Source: Acidimicrobiia bacterium
GTDB taxonomy: Bacteria; Actinomycetota; Acidimicrobiia; IMCC26256; JAENVU01
DNA length: 64,000 bases
Direction: 5' to 3'
Assembly (NCBI GenBank): GCA_038252255.1
Contig: JBBSAM010000022.1
Span: 2,062 to 66,061, forward strand
The notes beneath the pieces are model-generated. The model worked only from the letters and a program-made list of their open reading frames with translations. It was not told the origin of the DNA and made no database searches. Positions within the stretch are counted from its first letter, which is position 1; each line of letters starts with the position of its first letter. Position numbers and translations under genes: made by a program. This document shows positions 18,755 through 30,604 of this stretch, in pieces.

Positions 18755-19639
18755 TCAGACTTCGAGGAATCGGCGCAGACCCACGATCGAGCCGATCACG
18801 CCGATCCCGGCACCGAGGATGATCACGTACAAGCCGATCGTGTACGCATCTGCGTTCCCGACGTAGAAGCCGCGCGAGAAGTCGGAGTTGCGCGCGATCG
18901 CGTTGCTGATGACCTCTTTCAGCCCGTAGACCGCGCCGAACGCGAACGCGGCGCCGATCACGCCCTGCACGAGCCCCTCGAGCATGAACGGGATCCGCAC
19001 GAACCAGTTCGATGCCCCGACGAGCTTCATCACCTCGATCTCCCGGCGCCGCGCAAAGGTCGCCAATCTGATCGTGTTGACGATCAGGAACAGGGAGGCC
19101 GCGAGCAGCAGGAAGAAGATCACGATGAAGGCGGTCCGGATCCAGCTGGTCGCCGACAGCAGCTTCTTCACCTCTTTCGAGGCGGTCTTCACCTCATCGA
19201 CGCCGGGTTGGGTCGAATATCGGTCCGCGACGGTCTGGGTGAGCTCGGCCTTGGCCGGCGCGACCCGGTACGAGGATGGCAACGCCGCCGCGTCGGTGGT
19301 CTGCACCAGGTCCGGCTGGTCTTTGAAGAGCCGCTGGAACTCGTGGTACGCGTCTTCCTTGGTGAGGTAGTGGAAGGAACGGACGTCGTGGTCCGCCTTG
19401 AGCGCGCGGTTCAGCGATTGGATCTGGCCGTCGGTGGCTTTGACGTTCATGAAGATCTCGAGCTCGACGCCGTTCTTCCACTGCTGGGTGCCGTGATCCA
19501 CGAGACGCGACAGCAGGAGCGCGCCGCCGAGCACGCAGAGCGACACCGCAACCGTGATGATCCCGGCGAGCGTCATCAGCAGGTTCCGGCGAAGCGAGAC
19601 CAACGTTTCGCGCGCGAAGTACCCGACTCGTGTCAACAC
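18755..19639 (-). CDS. ftsX: cell division ABC transporter permease FtsX
   Basis: It has the N-terminal motif FARETLVSLRRN, a periplasmic domain and four TM helices. It lies directly downstream of ftsE. Confidence 0.8.
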   Translation of the reverse strand: MLTRVGYFARETLVSLRRNLLMTLAGIITVAVSLCVLGGALLLSRLVDHGTQQWKNGVELEIFMNVKATDGQIQSLNRALKADHDVRSFHYLTKEDAYHEFQRLFKDQPDLVQTTDAAALPSSYRVAPAKAELTQTVADRYSTQPGVDEVKTASKEVKKLLSATSWIRTAFIVIFFLLLAASLFLIVNTIRLATFARRREIEVMKLVGASNWFVRIPFMLEGLVQGVIGAAFAFGAVYGLKEVISNAIARNSDFSRGFYVGNADAYTIGLYVIILGAGIGVIGSIVGLRRFLEV

Positions 19640-19645
19640 AGAGGT

Positions 19646-20332
19646 TCAGCTCCCGACGCCGTAGACGCCGCGGGCCTGGTCCCGGACCAGTGAGCCGCGG
19701 TCGAGCTCGATGACCCGACGCCGCATCATGTCGACGATGCGGGAGTCGTGCGTCGCCATCACGACCGTCGTACCGGTGCGGTTGATCCGGTCGAGCAGGC
19801 GCATGATGCCGGTGGTCGTCGTCGGGTCGAGGTTCCCGGTGGGCTCATCGGCCAGCAGGATCAGCGGCCGGTTCACGAACGCACGCGCGATCGAGACTCG
19901 TTGCTGCTCACCACCGGAGAGCTCGTCGGGAAAGTTCTCGGCCTTCTTGCTCAGCCCCACGAGATCCAGGATCTGGGGAACCTGAGCCTTGGTGACGTGG
20001 CGGGGCCGGCCGATGACCTCGGAGGCGAACGCCACGTTCTCGTAGATGGTCTTGTTGGGCAGCAGCTTGTAGTCCTGGAAGATGCAGCCGATGTTGCGAC
20101 GCAGCTGGGGAACCTTCCAGGAGCTGAGCTTCGTGATGTCCCGGCCGGCGACGACGATGCTGCCCGCCGTCGGCAGGTCCTCGCGCAGCAGCAGACGCAA
20201 GAACGTGGACTTCCCCGAGCCCGACGGGCCGACGAGAAACACGAACTCGCCCTTCTGGACGTCGATCGTGACGTCGCGGAGCGCGACGACCTCGCCCTTG
20301 TAGACCTTGGTGACATTTTCGAAGCGGATCAT
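19646..20332 (-). CDS. ftsE: cell division ATP-binding protein FtsE
   Basis: [11 protein letters not shown].., Walker [19 protein letters not shown] and Walker [16 protein letters not shown] is at 20332. Confidence 0.85.
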   Translation of the reverse strand: MIRFENVTKVYKGEVVALRDVTIDVQKGEFVFLVGPSGSGKSTFLRLLLREDLPTAGSIVVAGRDITKLSSWKVPQLRRNIGCIFQDYKLLPNKTIYENVAFASEVIGRPRHVTKAQVPQILDLVGLSKKAENFPDELSGGEQQRVSIARAFVNRPLILLADEPTGNLDPTTTTGIMRLLDRINRTGTTVVMATHDSRIVDMMRRRVIELDRGSLVRDQARGVYGVGS

Positions 20333-20395
20333 GAGACCGATCCAGGGTAGCCGGGTGGTGCTCGGAGTCCCGGTCACGACCCGGGTGGCCTGCCG

Positions 20396-21502
20396 CTATT
20401 GCTCGCTGCCGGATCTCCTCCACTGGAGAAACGCTTCGATGAACGGATCGAGGTCGCCGTCGAGCACAGCCTGCACGTTGCCCGTCTCGTAGCGGGTGCG
20501 CTCGTCCTTCACCAGCTGGTAGGGGTGCAGGGTGTAGGTCCGGATCTGGCTGCCGAACGCGACGTCGCGCTTCTCGCCGGACAGCTTCTCCAGCTCGGCG
20601 CGCTGCTCTTCGCGGTGCAGCTGGGCCAGGCGCGCCGCGAGGATCTCCATCGCCTTCGCCCGGTTCTGCAGTTGCGATCGCTGGTTCTGGCACGACACGA
20701 CGACGCCGGTCGGCAAGTGGGTGATGCGCACCGCGGAGTCGGTGACGTTCACGTGCTGACCACCGGCCCCCGACGAGCGGTAGTAGTCGATGCGCAGGTC
20801 GCTCGGCTCGATGTCGGGCAGCTCCGCGGCGTCGAGCGCGGGCACGGCATCGAACGCGGCGAACGCGGTCTGGCGCCGGGCGTTCGCGTCGAAGGGCGAG
20901 ATGCGGATGAGCCGGTGAACGCCCTTCTCCCCCGTGAGCAGCCCGTAGGCGTTGCGGCCGTGGACGGTGAAGGTGGCCGAGCTGAGCCCGGCTTCGGTGC
21001 CCTCGTTCACTTCGTCGAGCTCGACCGAGAATCCCTTGCGCTCGGCCCACCGGGTGAACATGCGCAGGAGCATCTCCGTCCAGTCCTGCGCATCGGTGCC
21101 GCCGGCACCGGAGCTCACCTGGCAGATCGCGTCGCGGTCGTCGTGCTCACCGGTGAACAGCGCGCGCAGCTCGAGCTGGTCCAGCTCGGCGCGCAACGCG
21201 TCGACCCCCGACGCGATCTCGGGCTCCACCGAATCGTCGGCTTCCTCGCGACCGAGCTGGTAGAGCGTCTGCAGATCGTCGACGCGCGCTTCGAGCCCGG
21301 CGACGAGCTCGACATCGTCTTGCACCTCGGAGAGCTCGGTCGTCACCCGGCGGGCCTCGTCCGGGTCGTCCCACAGCCCCGGCGCAGACGCCTCCGCCTC
21401 GAGCGCGGCAAGCCGCTCCCGCTTCGCGTCGATGTGCAGGTACGCGTGCGCCTCGTCCACTCGCTTGCGAAGCGCGCTGAGATCATCGGTGAAGTCGCGC
21501 AT
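20396..21502 (-). CDS. prfB: peptide chain release factor 2
   Basis: It has the SPF tripeptide (RISPFD), the GGQ motif (SGAGGQHVN), and RF2-type N- and C-termini. It is a single uninterrupted ORF with no +1 frameshift site. Confidence 0.9.
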   Translation of the reverse strand: MRDFTDDLSALRKRVDEAHAYLHIDAKRERLAALEAEASAPGLWDDPDEARRVTTELSEVQDDVELVAGLEARVDDLQTLYQLGREEADDSVEPEIASGVDALRAELDQLELRALFTGEHDDRDAICQVSSGAGGTDAQDWTEMLLRMFTRWAERKGFSVELDEVNEGTEAGLSSATFTVHGRNAYGLLTGEKGVHRLIRISPFDANARRQTAFAAFDAVPALDAAELPDIEPSDLRIDYYRSSGAGGQHVNVTDSAVRITHLPTGVVVSCQNQRSQLQNRAKAMEILAARLAQLHREEQRAELEKLSGEKRDVAFGSQIRTYTLHPYQLVKDERTRYETGNVQAVLDGDLDPFIEAFLQWRRSGSEQ

Positions 21503-21551
21503 GGATTCCTCGGGCCGGGAGTCCGGAGCAGGCCGCTAGGCCCGGACAGCA

Positions 21552-24260
<2,709 letters not shown>

Positions 24261-24366
24261 TGCGTCCAGTCTACCGGCGCCCCCCTGTGGATCCGGGCGC
24301 TGTCTTGCTGGGTTGCTGCGCTGTCCGCACTGCGTGCCCGCTCCCACCTGCGCTCGGCGAGCAGGG

Positions 24367-24957
24367 TTACCCCACGGCCTCGATGAGGCCCAGGTGGCCG
24401 TCCCGGCGCCGGTACAGGACCGCGGCGCGGCCGCTCTCGGCGTTCGTGAAGAGATAGAAGTCGTGACCGAGGAGGTCCATCTGCAGGGCGGCCTCGTCCA
24501 GCGCCATCGGCTTCGACGTGAACTGCTTCGTGCGGACAATCTGCGCGTGCCCGTTGCCACCGGCCTCGGGTGCGCCGGCGGCACCGGGTGCGGGCAGCGC
24601 CTCGTCCCAGTCCTCGATCGGCGGCGGGGGCGACGAGCGGCGGCGGCGCGGGTGGGCACGCTCGACCTTCTTCTCCTTGAGCCGGGTCAGCTGGTGCTCG
24701 ACCTTGTCGATGACGAGATCGAGCGCCGCGACCGGATCCGTGGACGCGGCGTGCGCCTTCACGAAGTGGCCCTTGAGGTGGACCGTGACCTCGCAGAGGT
24801 CCTTGTCGTGGACCCGGGGGTTGCGGATCTCGGAGTAGTCCACCTCGACCCGGGTGATCTTGAGGTTGAAGCGCTCGAACTTCGCGAGCTTCTCCCGCGT
24901 GAGCTCCTGGACGGTTGGAGCGACCTTGATGTTCTTGCCGCGGAAGATGATGTCCAT
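24367..24957 (-). CDS. hpf: ribosome hibernation promoting factor, long form
   Basis: The N-terminal S30AE/YfiA domain begins [12 protein letters not shown]... There is a Pro/Arg-rich linker and a C-terminal dimerisation domain ([27 protein letters not shown]). ATG is at 24957. Confidence 0.8.
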   Translation of the reverse strand: MDIIFRGKNIKVAPTVQELTREKLAKFERFNLKITRVEVDYSEIRNPRVHDKDLCEVTVHLKGHFVKAHAASTDPVAALDLVIDKVEHQLTRLKEKKVERAHPRRRRSSPPPPIEDWDEALPAPGAAGAPEAGGNGHAQIVRTKQFTSKPMALDEAALQMDLLGHDFYLFTNAESGRAAVLYRRRDGHLGLIEAVG

Positions 24958-25015
24958 CAGCACCCCACTGCTCGGCGATTCACGACCCGTCATCTTCGCG
25001 CCGGCCGCAACGGGG

Positions 25016-25216
25016 CTAGAAGGCCCAAGCCAGCGCGCGCCGTTCCGGGGGCAGGCCGACGAGCGAGGACGCGAGAAGCGCCTCCGCGACCAGATCGGCG
25101 GGGATCTCGTAGGTGCCGGCGACCACCTCGGCGCGGACGCGGGCGACCCGCGATCGGGACCAACCGGGCCGTGATTCGCCAAGTCGCAGATCGGCCAGGG
25201 GGGTGCTTGTGGTCAC
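25016..25216 (-). CDS. small protein with FlgM-like (anti-sigma-28-type) C-terminal motif
   Basis: A 66-codon ORF starting at GTG 25216 with GC3 about 85%. Its C-terminal RVARVRAEVVAGTYEIPADLVAEALL aligns by eye with the FlgM motif ([26 protein letters not shown]; Bacillus ..AGTYRVDAEKLADKLL). It lies in the comF-hpf gap. Confidence 0.4.
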   Translation of the reverse strand: MTTSTPLADLRLGESRPGWSRSRVARVRAEVVAGTYEIPADLVAEALLASSLVGLPPERRALAWAF

Positions 25217-25317
25217 GGTCTTCCGTCGTCGCCCCCGGTACCCCCCTTGAGGAAAATCTCACTCTCCGTGGCCATGCGGGGGACAACGGACGACCAACGG
25301 AGCCGCAGCATCCGGCT

Positions 25318-25920
25318 TCACGGGGTCCGGGCGGCGGCCAGCCCGAGGACCGCCGGCGACCCCGCCCGGCGCAGGGCGACCGCCCCGGCCGAGAGCGTCG
25401 CCGCCGTGGTGACGACGTCGTCGACGAGCAGCACCCGGCGGCCGTGCGCCGCGGCCCGGGCCCGGAAGCGGGGCCCGGCGATCCGCTCCTCCCGTCGAGC
25501 GCCCGTCTGCGGCGCGCCGGGAAGCCGCGTCAGCAACCCGCGCACGGGAAGCCGGGTCTGGCGGCCGACGGCGCGCGCGAGCAGCTCCGCATGATCGAAG
25601 CCGCGTTCGCGGCGGCGCGCCGGGGTGGTGGGCGCCCAGGTCACCACGTCTACCGCGTCGACCGCCTGGAAGCTCGCGAGCATCGCCTCCGCCAACCACG
25701 TGACCGCCGCGCGTGAGTTGCGGTACTTGACGCGAGCGACCAGCTCCCGCGCGACACCGGCGTACGCGAACGCGACCACGAGCGCGTCGAGCCCCGGCGG
25801 GGTCGCGTGTGGCGGCGCGGCCTCGATCGTGTCGAGGCAGGACGCGCACACCGGTTCGGCTGCGACACCGCACCCCGGGCACGACCCGGGGAGCAGCACC
25901 TCGGTCAGCAGCCGGAACAT
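25318..25920 (-). CDS. ComF family protein (phosphoribosyltransferase domain)
   Basis: It has the N-terminal double CxxC (CPGCG..CASC) and the PRTase motif VLLVDDVVTTAATL. It occupies the conserved position upstream of hpf-secA. Confidence 0.75.
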   Translation of the reverse strand: MFRLLTEVLLPGSCPGCGVAAEPVCASCLDTIEAAPPHATPPGLDALVVAFAYAGVARELVARVKYRNSRAAVTWLAEAMLASFQAVDAVDVVTWAPTTPARRRERGFDHAELLARAVGRQTRLPVRGLLTRLPGAPQTGARREERIAGPRFRARAAAHGRRVLLVDDVVTTAATLSAGAVALRRAGSPAVLGLAAARTP

Positions 25921-25982
25921 CTGCCGAACCTACCGGTGCGGTGTGACAACTATCCCGTCCGCCGTCCAACCCCCCTCGTTTC

Positions 25983-26022
25983 GGGGTGAGCTCGCGTCGC
26001 CATGGCAACGCGAGCGCACCCC
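25983..26022 (-). terminator. long imperfect hairpin downstream of ahcY
   Basis: On the minus strand, GGGGTGCGCTCGCGTTGCC / GGCGACGCGAGCTCACCCC form a 19-bp stem with 2 imperfections. The hairpin starts 28 nt after the ahcY stop. It has no U-tract, which is common in high-GC actinobacteria. Confidence 0.5.
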
Positions 26023-26049
26023 GAAAGGGGTTCGAGGTCGCGCTGTTCT

Positions 26050-27507
<1,458 letters not shown>

Positions 27508-27643
27508 GAGCTACTCCATTGACAGGTCAAGGCACTGGGTTCGTGCCCGTTCAGATGGAGTCGGCCCGGAACACCGGATGACAGCCCCGACGGGGCCCGA
27601 CCAGGCGTCCAGGTTAGCGCGCCACGATCCGTTCGAAAATCGC

Positions 27644-27660
27644 GGTAGTGGCTCAGTTTG
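27644..27660. repeat. left terminal inverted repeat of the element
   Basis: GGTAGTGGCTCAGTTTG, preceded by the TSD copy AAAATCGC (27636-27643). Confidence 0.75.
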
Positions 27661-27890
27661 AAGTTCCTGGCTGAGCGAGACGGTCGTAGCCTTTGCGCCG
27701 TGAAAGCGGCAGAGACGTTCTTGTTCTGGTTCCCCCTGCTCCTGGTTGGCTCGGTCCTCTGGCAACTCGGCACTGAGAACTGGTCCGGTGCTGCTGCCGT
27801 CAGAGGCAGCTCGGAAGGCGGCTGAGGCTCGTTGGAGTGACGGCTAGCTGTAGTGACCATGGACGTTGTTGAGGGTCTGGTGGTCCACGG

Positions 27891-28124
27891 TTGAATCGAG
27901 CTATCTCATCGGCGACGGCCTGGAAGTGGTGGCGGCGGTTCCGTCTTGAGGGCGACGCGGGATTGACGACCCACGCCACGACAGCCGACCCAGACGAAAG
28001 CAGCCATGCGGCCGTGCTCGCATTGGTCGCGACCGACCAGGCTCGTTTGATCCTCCTGCCCGTGCTCGAAGGCTACGCATCCGGTACGGCTGTCGCTTTG
28101 GGGCCTCGGCCTGCTTCGAGTTAA
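27891..28124 (+). pseudogene. remnant of a DDE-transposase N-terminal HTH domain (IS481/IS3-like)
   Basis: The translation ..NRAISSATAWKWWRRFRLEGDAGLTTH.. resembles the helix-turn-helix segment (..VS..TAYKW..RYR.EG.AGL.DRS.RP..) of IS481/IS3-type transposases. No catalytic domain follows. Confidence 0.4.
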
Positions 28125-28244
28125 CCGCTCACTAACTTCGGCACATCTAGCGTGATTGCGGGCAGGACAACCCCTGTTGACCTCGGACGCTCCCTGCCCG
28201 CGCCCGGAGTCCAGGGGGTCCCTGCCCCTTTCGCGAGGTGGGCA

Positions 28245-28427
28245 GTGAGCAAACTCAACGTCAGTCCGTATCACTCGGTTCGCCTGCACCGTCACGACCG
28301 CGTGTACCACGACCGCGCCGACTGTCCGACCGGCAAGCTCATCCACTCCGAAGCACTCGCCAAGGGAACTGGCGGACTCCGACGCTGCGAACAATGCCGC
28401 GTCCTCGATGACGAGGCGGAGCAGTAG
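28245..28427 (+). CDS. small Cys-motif protein (YH-x4-C-P-x-G ... GTGG-x3-C-x2-C)
   Basis: GTG 28245 lies 5 nt after GAGGTGG. The 60-aa product is VSKLNVSPYHSVRLHRHDRVYHDRADCPTGKLIHSEALAKGTGGLRRCEQCRVLDDEAEQ. The motif recalls a family of small actinobacterial hypothetical proteins, but my recollection is only approximate. Confidence 0.45.
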   Translation: MSKLNVSPYHSVRLHRHDRVYHDRADCPTGKLIHSEALAKGTGGLRRCEQCRVLDDEAEQ

Positions 28428-28563
28428 CCCGAAGCCACTTGGTCGGCGGGGTCCAGACCTGAACCAAGGGTGATCATCGGCCTGCGGGGTTGCGACAGGG
28501 CCGAGAAACGAGAGGCTAGGTCCGCGTCGACACCCATTGCGACCAATCTCGGGGACCTCGATC

Positions 28564-28580
28564 CAAACTGAGCCGCTACC
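28564..28580. repeat. right terminal inverted repeat of the element
   Basis: CAAACTGAGCCGCTACC, followed by the TSD copy AAAATCGC (28581-28588). Confidence 0.75.
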
Positions 28581-28781
28581 AAAATCGCGGTGCGCGGCGT
28601 TCACGAGCTGGACGTGCTGTGGCCGGGGTCTGTCCGCAGGTGACGCAGGGCCCCGACCAGCGGTCCGGGTTCGGATGAGCGCGGGTTTTCGCGAGCCGAG
28701 CTCGTCGCGGCCCCCGCGTTCGGCGCTGCCCATGGCCCCAGTATGAAACCGTCCCCGGGCCACCGGACCAGGAGCAGGTGA

Positions 28782-29216
28782 TCAGGTGGCCGGGGCCTGC
28801 CAGCCGCGGCCGGCGCTGGCCCGGACGGCCTCGGTCTCGTCGGGGCGGGCGTAGTCGTCCTCGAGCCGGTGCGTGGTCCCGATCTCGGGGGTGGAGACCT
28901 CGAGCACGTCGCAATCCGTGACTCCGACGAGCCGGTGGCGCTGGCCGATCGCCACCGTGTAGCCCACCCCGGGCTGCAGCTCGGTCTCGACGAGCTCGCC
29001 GCCGCCGTCGTCCCACACCACGAGCGCCCGGCCGTTCAGGAGGAACCAGGACTCGGTCTTGGCGTCGTGCACCTGGAGCGAGAGGCGCTTCCCTGCGTCG
29101 ATGTGCAACACCTTGCCCACGTACGGCCGGTCCCGGGGCGTCCAGAGGACCTCGTAGCCCCACGGCTTCTCGGTCCGGCTCGCGAACCCCTCGACCGAGA
29201 TTCCTTCACCACTCAC
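28782..29216 (-). CDS. cupin-domain protein related to the C-terminal cupin of type II phosphomannose isomerases
   Basis: A 144-aa protein with EKPWGYE..W, G.RLSLQVH..K.E.W and the RHRL cupin motifs. It is adjacent to the SIS isomerase and PMM genes. Confidence 0.5.
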   Translation of the reverse strand: MSGEGISVEGFASRTEKPWGYEVLWTPRDRPYVGKVLHIDAGKRLSLQVHDAKTESWFLLNGRALVVWDDGGGELVETELQPGVGYTVAIGQRHRLVGVTDCDVLEVSTPEIGTTHRLEDDYARPDETEAVRASAGRGWQAPAT

Positions 29217-29280
29217 GATCTCTGCTCCCTGGATTCAACGGCGGCAAGCGTGCCGACGGGTTCGGTCGCAGCGGCATCCG

Positions 29281-30318
29281 TCATGCGAGCGCCCGCTTCA
29301 GCTGCGCGATCGCATCGACCGGTCCCGGGTCCACGTCGTTCTGCAACGCGAGGTAGCAGCTGGTCCAGTCGCCGACGTACATGAGATCGAGGAGCTGGGC
29401 CAGGCGCCCCTCCCCTTCCGCCTGCACCTCGAGCACCTGCCCGACGCACTCCTCCATGAGCGCGCGCGTCGCCGCGAAGCGCGGCGAGAGCCGCTCGTGC
29501 TCGCTCCCGTGGCGCAGCTCGACGAGCGTGAAGACCTGGCGGGTGACGTCGCCGTTCTGGCCCCAACCGCAGATCTCGTTGTGATCGAGCTCGGGATACG
29601 CGGCGAAGAACGCCGGCGCTTTCGCGTTCTCGTTCACGTCGCACTTCCAGCGCATCGCCGCGACCGCGCCGATCGCCCCTCCCCCGTAGACGAGCGGGAT
29701 CGTCCGGTCGATCTTGCGGGCGAGCTCCCTGGCCGGGTTCGCGACGCCGGACACCTCCTGCCGGCAGCGATCGCGCCGGTGCGCCAGCTGCTCCTGCGCC
29801 TTCACGAGCAGCGCGTGCGCGTCGGGCAGCACTCCCATCTTGAACAGGGTGACGAACAGTGGCGCGACGAGCGTGCCGAGCGCGGAGCGCGGCATGTATC
29901 CCGGCATGCACTCGACGTGCAGCGCGCTGCGGAGATTGGCGAGCTCACCCCCACTCGACACCGTGACGAGCGTCGCCCCCGCACCGAGGGCACCCTCCGC
30001 CATCGACAGCGTCTCTTCGGTGTTCCCGGAGTACGACACCGCGAACGCCAACGTCCCGGGGCCGACGTAACCGGGGGTGCGGTACTGCTTCAGGACCGCC
30101 ACGGGTACGGGGAGCTGGGCGTTGTTCACGACGTTGAAGACGTCGCCGGCGATTCCCGATCCACCCATGCCGAGCACGACGATGTTCTTCAGCGTCTCCG
30201 GCTCGGGAAGGTCGCTCGCGTGGATCGCCTCCCCCGCGGCCTCGTGGGCGGCCGCGAGCTGCTCGGGCAGTCCCGCAACCTGGTCGAGGAATCCCAGCGA
30301 ATCCGCCGCGTCGCTCAC
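29281..30318 (-). CDS. SIS-domain bifunctional phosphoglucose/phosphomannose isomerase-like protein
   Basis: It has the SIS motif VVLGMGGSGIAGDV and ..SYSGNTEETL.. At 345 aa it matches the conserved actinobacterial neighbour of PMM (mycobacterial Rv3256c-like position). Confidence 0.65.
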   Translation of the reverse strand: MSDAADSLGFLDQVAGLPEQLAAAHEAAGEAIHASDLPEPETLKNIVVLGMGGSGIAGDVFNVVNNAQLPVPVAVLKQYRTPGYVGPGTLAFAVSYSGNTEETLSMAEGALGAGATLVTVSSGGELANLRSALHVECMPGYMPRSALGTLVAPLFVTLFKMGVLPDAHALLVKAQEQLAHRRDRCRQEVSGVANPARELARKIDRTIPLVYGGGAIGAVAAMRWKCDVNENAKAPAFFAAYPELDHNEICGWGQNGDVTRQVFTLVELRHGSEHERLSPRFAATRALMEECVGQVLEVQAEGEGRLAQLLDLMYVGDWTSCYLALQNDVDPGPVDAIAQLKRALA

Positions 30319-30322
30319 GCCA

Positions 30323-30559
30323 CTAGCTCGCGAAGGTCGGGTGGATTCCGTCGGCCTCGGCCTTGGCGAGCAGGCGTTCGTGCTCGGTCTCGTTCACCGA
30401 TTCGGCCTCGTCGATAAGCATGATCGGGATGTCGTCACGCACTGCGTACCGCCGCTTCAGTCGCGGGTTGTACAACGAGGACTCGTCCACGAAGTAGAGC
30501 AGTGGGCCCTTGTCCTCGGGGCAGGCCAGGATCTCGAGCAGCTGGGGGTCGAGTGCCAC
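30323..30559 (-). CDS. Trm112 family protein (UPF0434)
   Basis: A 78-aa protein with LLEILACP..KGPL...........YAVRDDIPIMLIDEA, the Trm112/DUF343 signature. Confidence 0.75.
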   Translation of the reverse strand: MALDPQLLEILACPEDKGPLLYFVDESSLYNPRLKRRYAVRDDIPIMLIDEAESVNETEHERLLAKAEADGIHPTFAS

Positions 30560-30604
30560 GTGGATGTCTCCTCTAGGTCGTGCGGGCTCGCCGGTGGTGC
30601 GGTC

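Larger units (their letters stand above)
27644..28580 (+). mobile_element. degenerate (non-autonomous) insertion element with 17-nt TIRs and 8-bp TSD
   Basis: IRL GGTAGTGGCTCAGTTTG (27644-27660) matches the reverse complement of IRR CAAACTGAGCCGCTACC (28564-28580) at 16/17 positions. The direct repeat AAAATCGC abuts both ends (27636-27643 and 28581-28588). The interior is lower in GC and has no intact transposase. Confidence 0.7.

Noticed and set aside
20396-21502. I looked for the programmed +1 frameshift site (CUU UGA C) that regulates prfB in many bacteria.
   Set aside because: The RF2 reading frame is continuous from ATG 21502 to the stop at 20396, with the N-terminal domain in frame. 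No internal in-frame UGA or split ORF is present. This genome apparently uses the unshifted form.
24367-25182. N-terminal extensions of many track ORFs, for example hpf to 25182, secA to 24659, the pirin gene to 12160, manC to 48556, uxs to 51790 and the epimerase to 47441.
   Set aside because: The extensions are Arg/Pro/Gly-rich. They overlap neighbouring genes or intergenic hairpins, and they precede canonical family N-termini that have their own start codons and often an SD or start/stop coupling. I trimmed the starts accordingly.
27508-27635. A possible SAH riboswitch in the ahcY leader. ahcY is the classic SAH-riboswitch-controlled gene.
   Set aside because: The leader has local hairpins (GCCCCGUCGGGGC, CCGGUGUUCCGG, GGCACGAACCCAGUGCC). 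I could not find the conserved cores as I remember them (GAGGAGCGCUGCGAC ... CAGGCUC ... AACGGCGCUCAC), either here or across the reconstructed pre-insertion junction. A cmscan with RF01057 would settle this.
27906-28763. A 285-codon minus-strand ORF spanning the insertion element and its right flank.
   Set aside because: It crosses the TIR/TSD boundary at 28580. It is Arg/Gly/Pro-rich without motifs and has no plausible SD. It is most likely a chance open frame.
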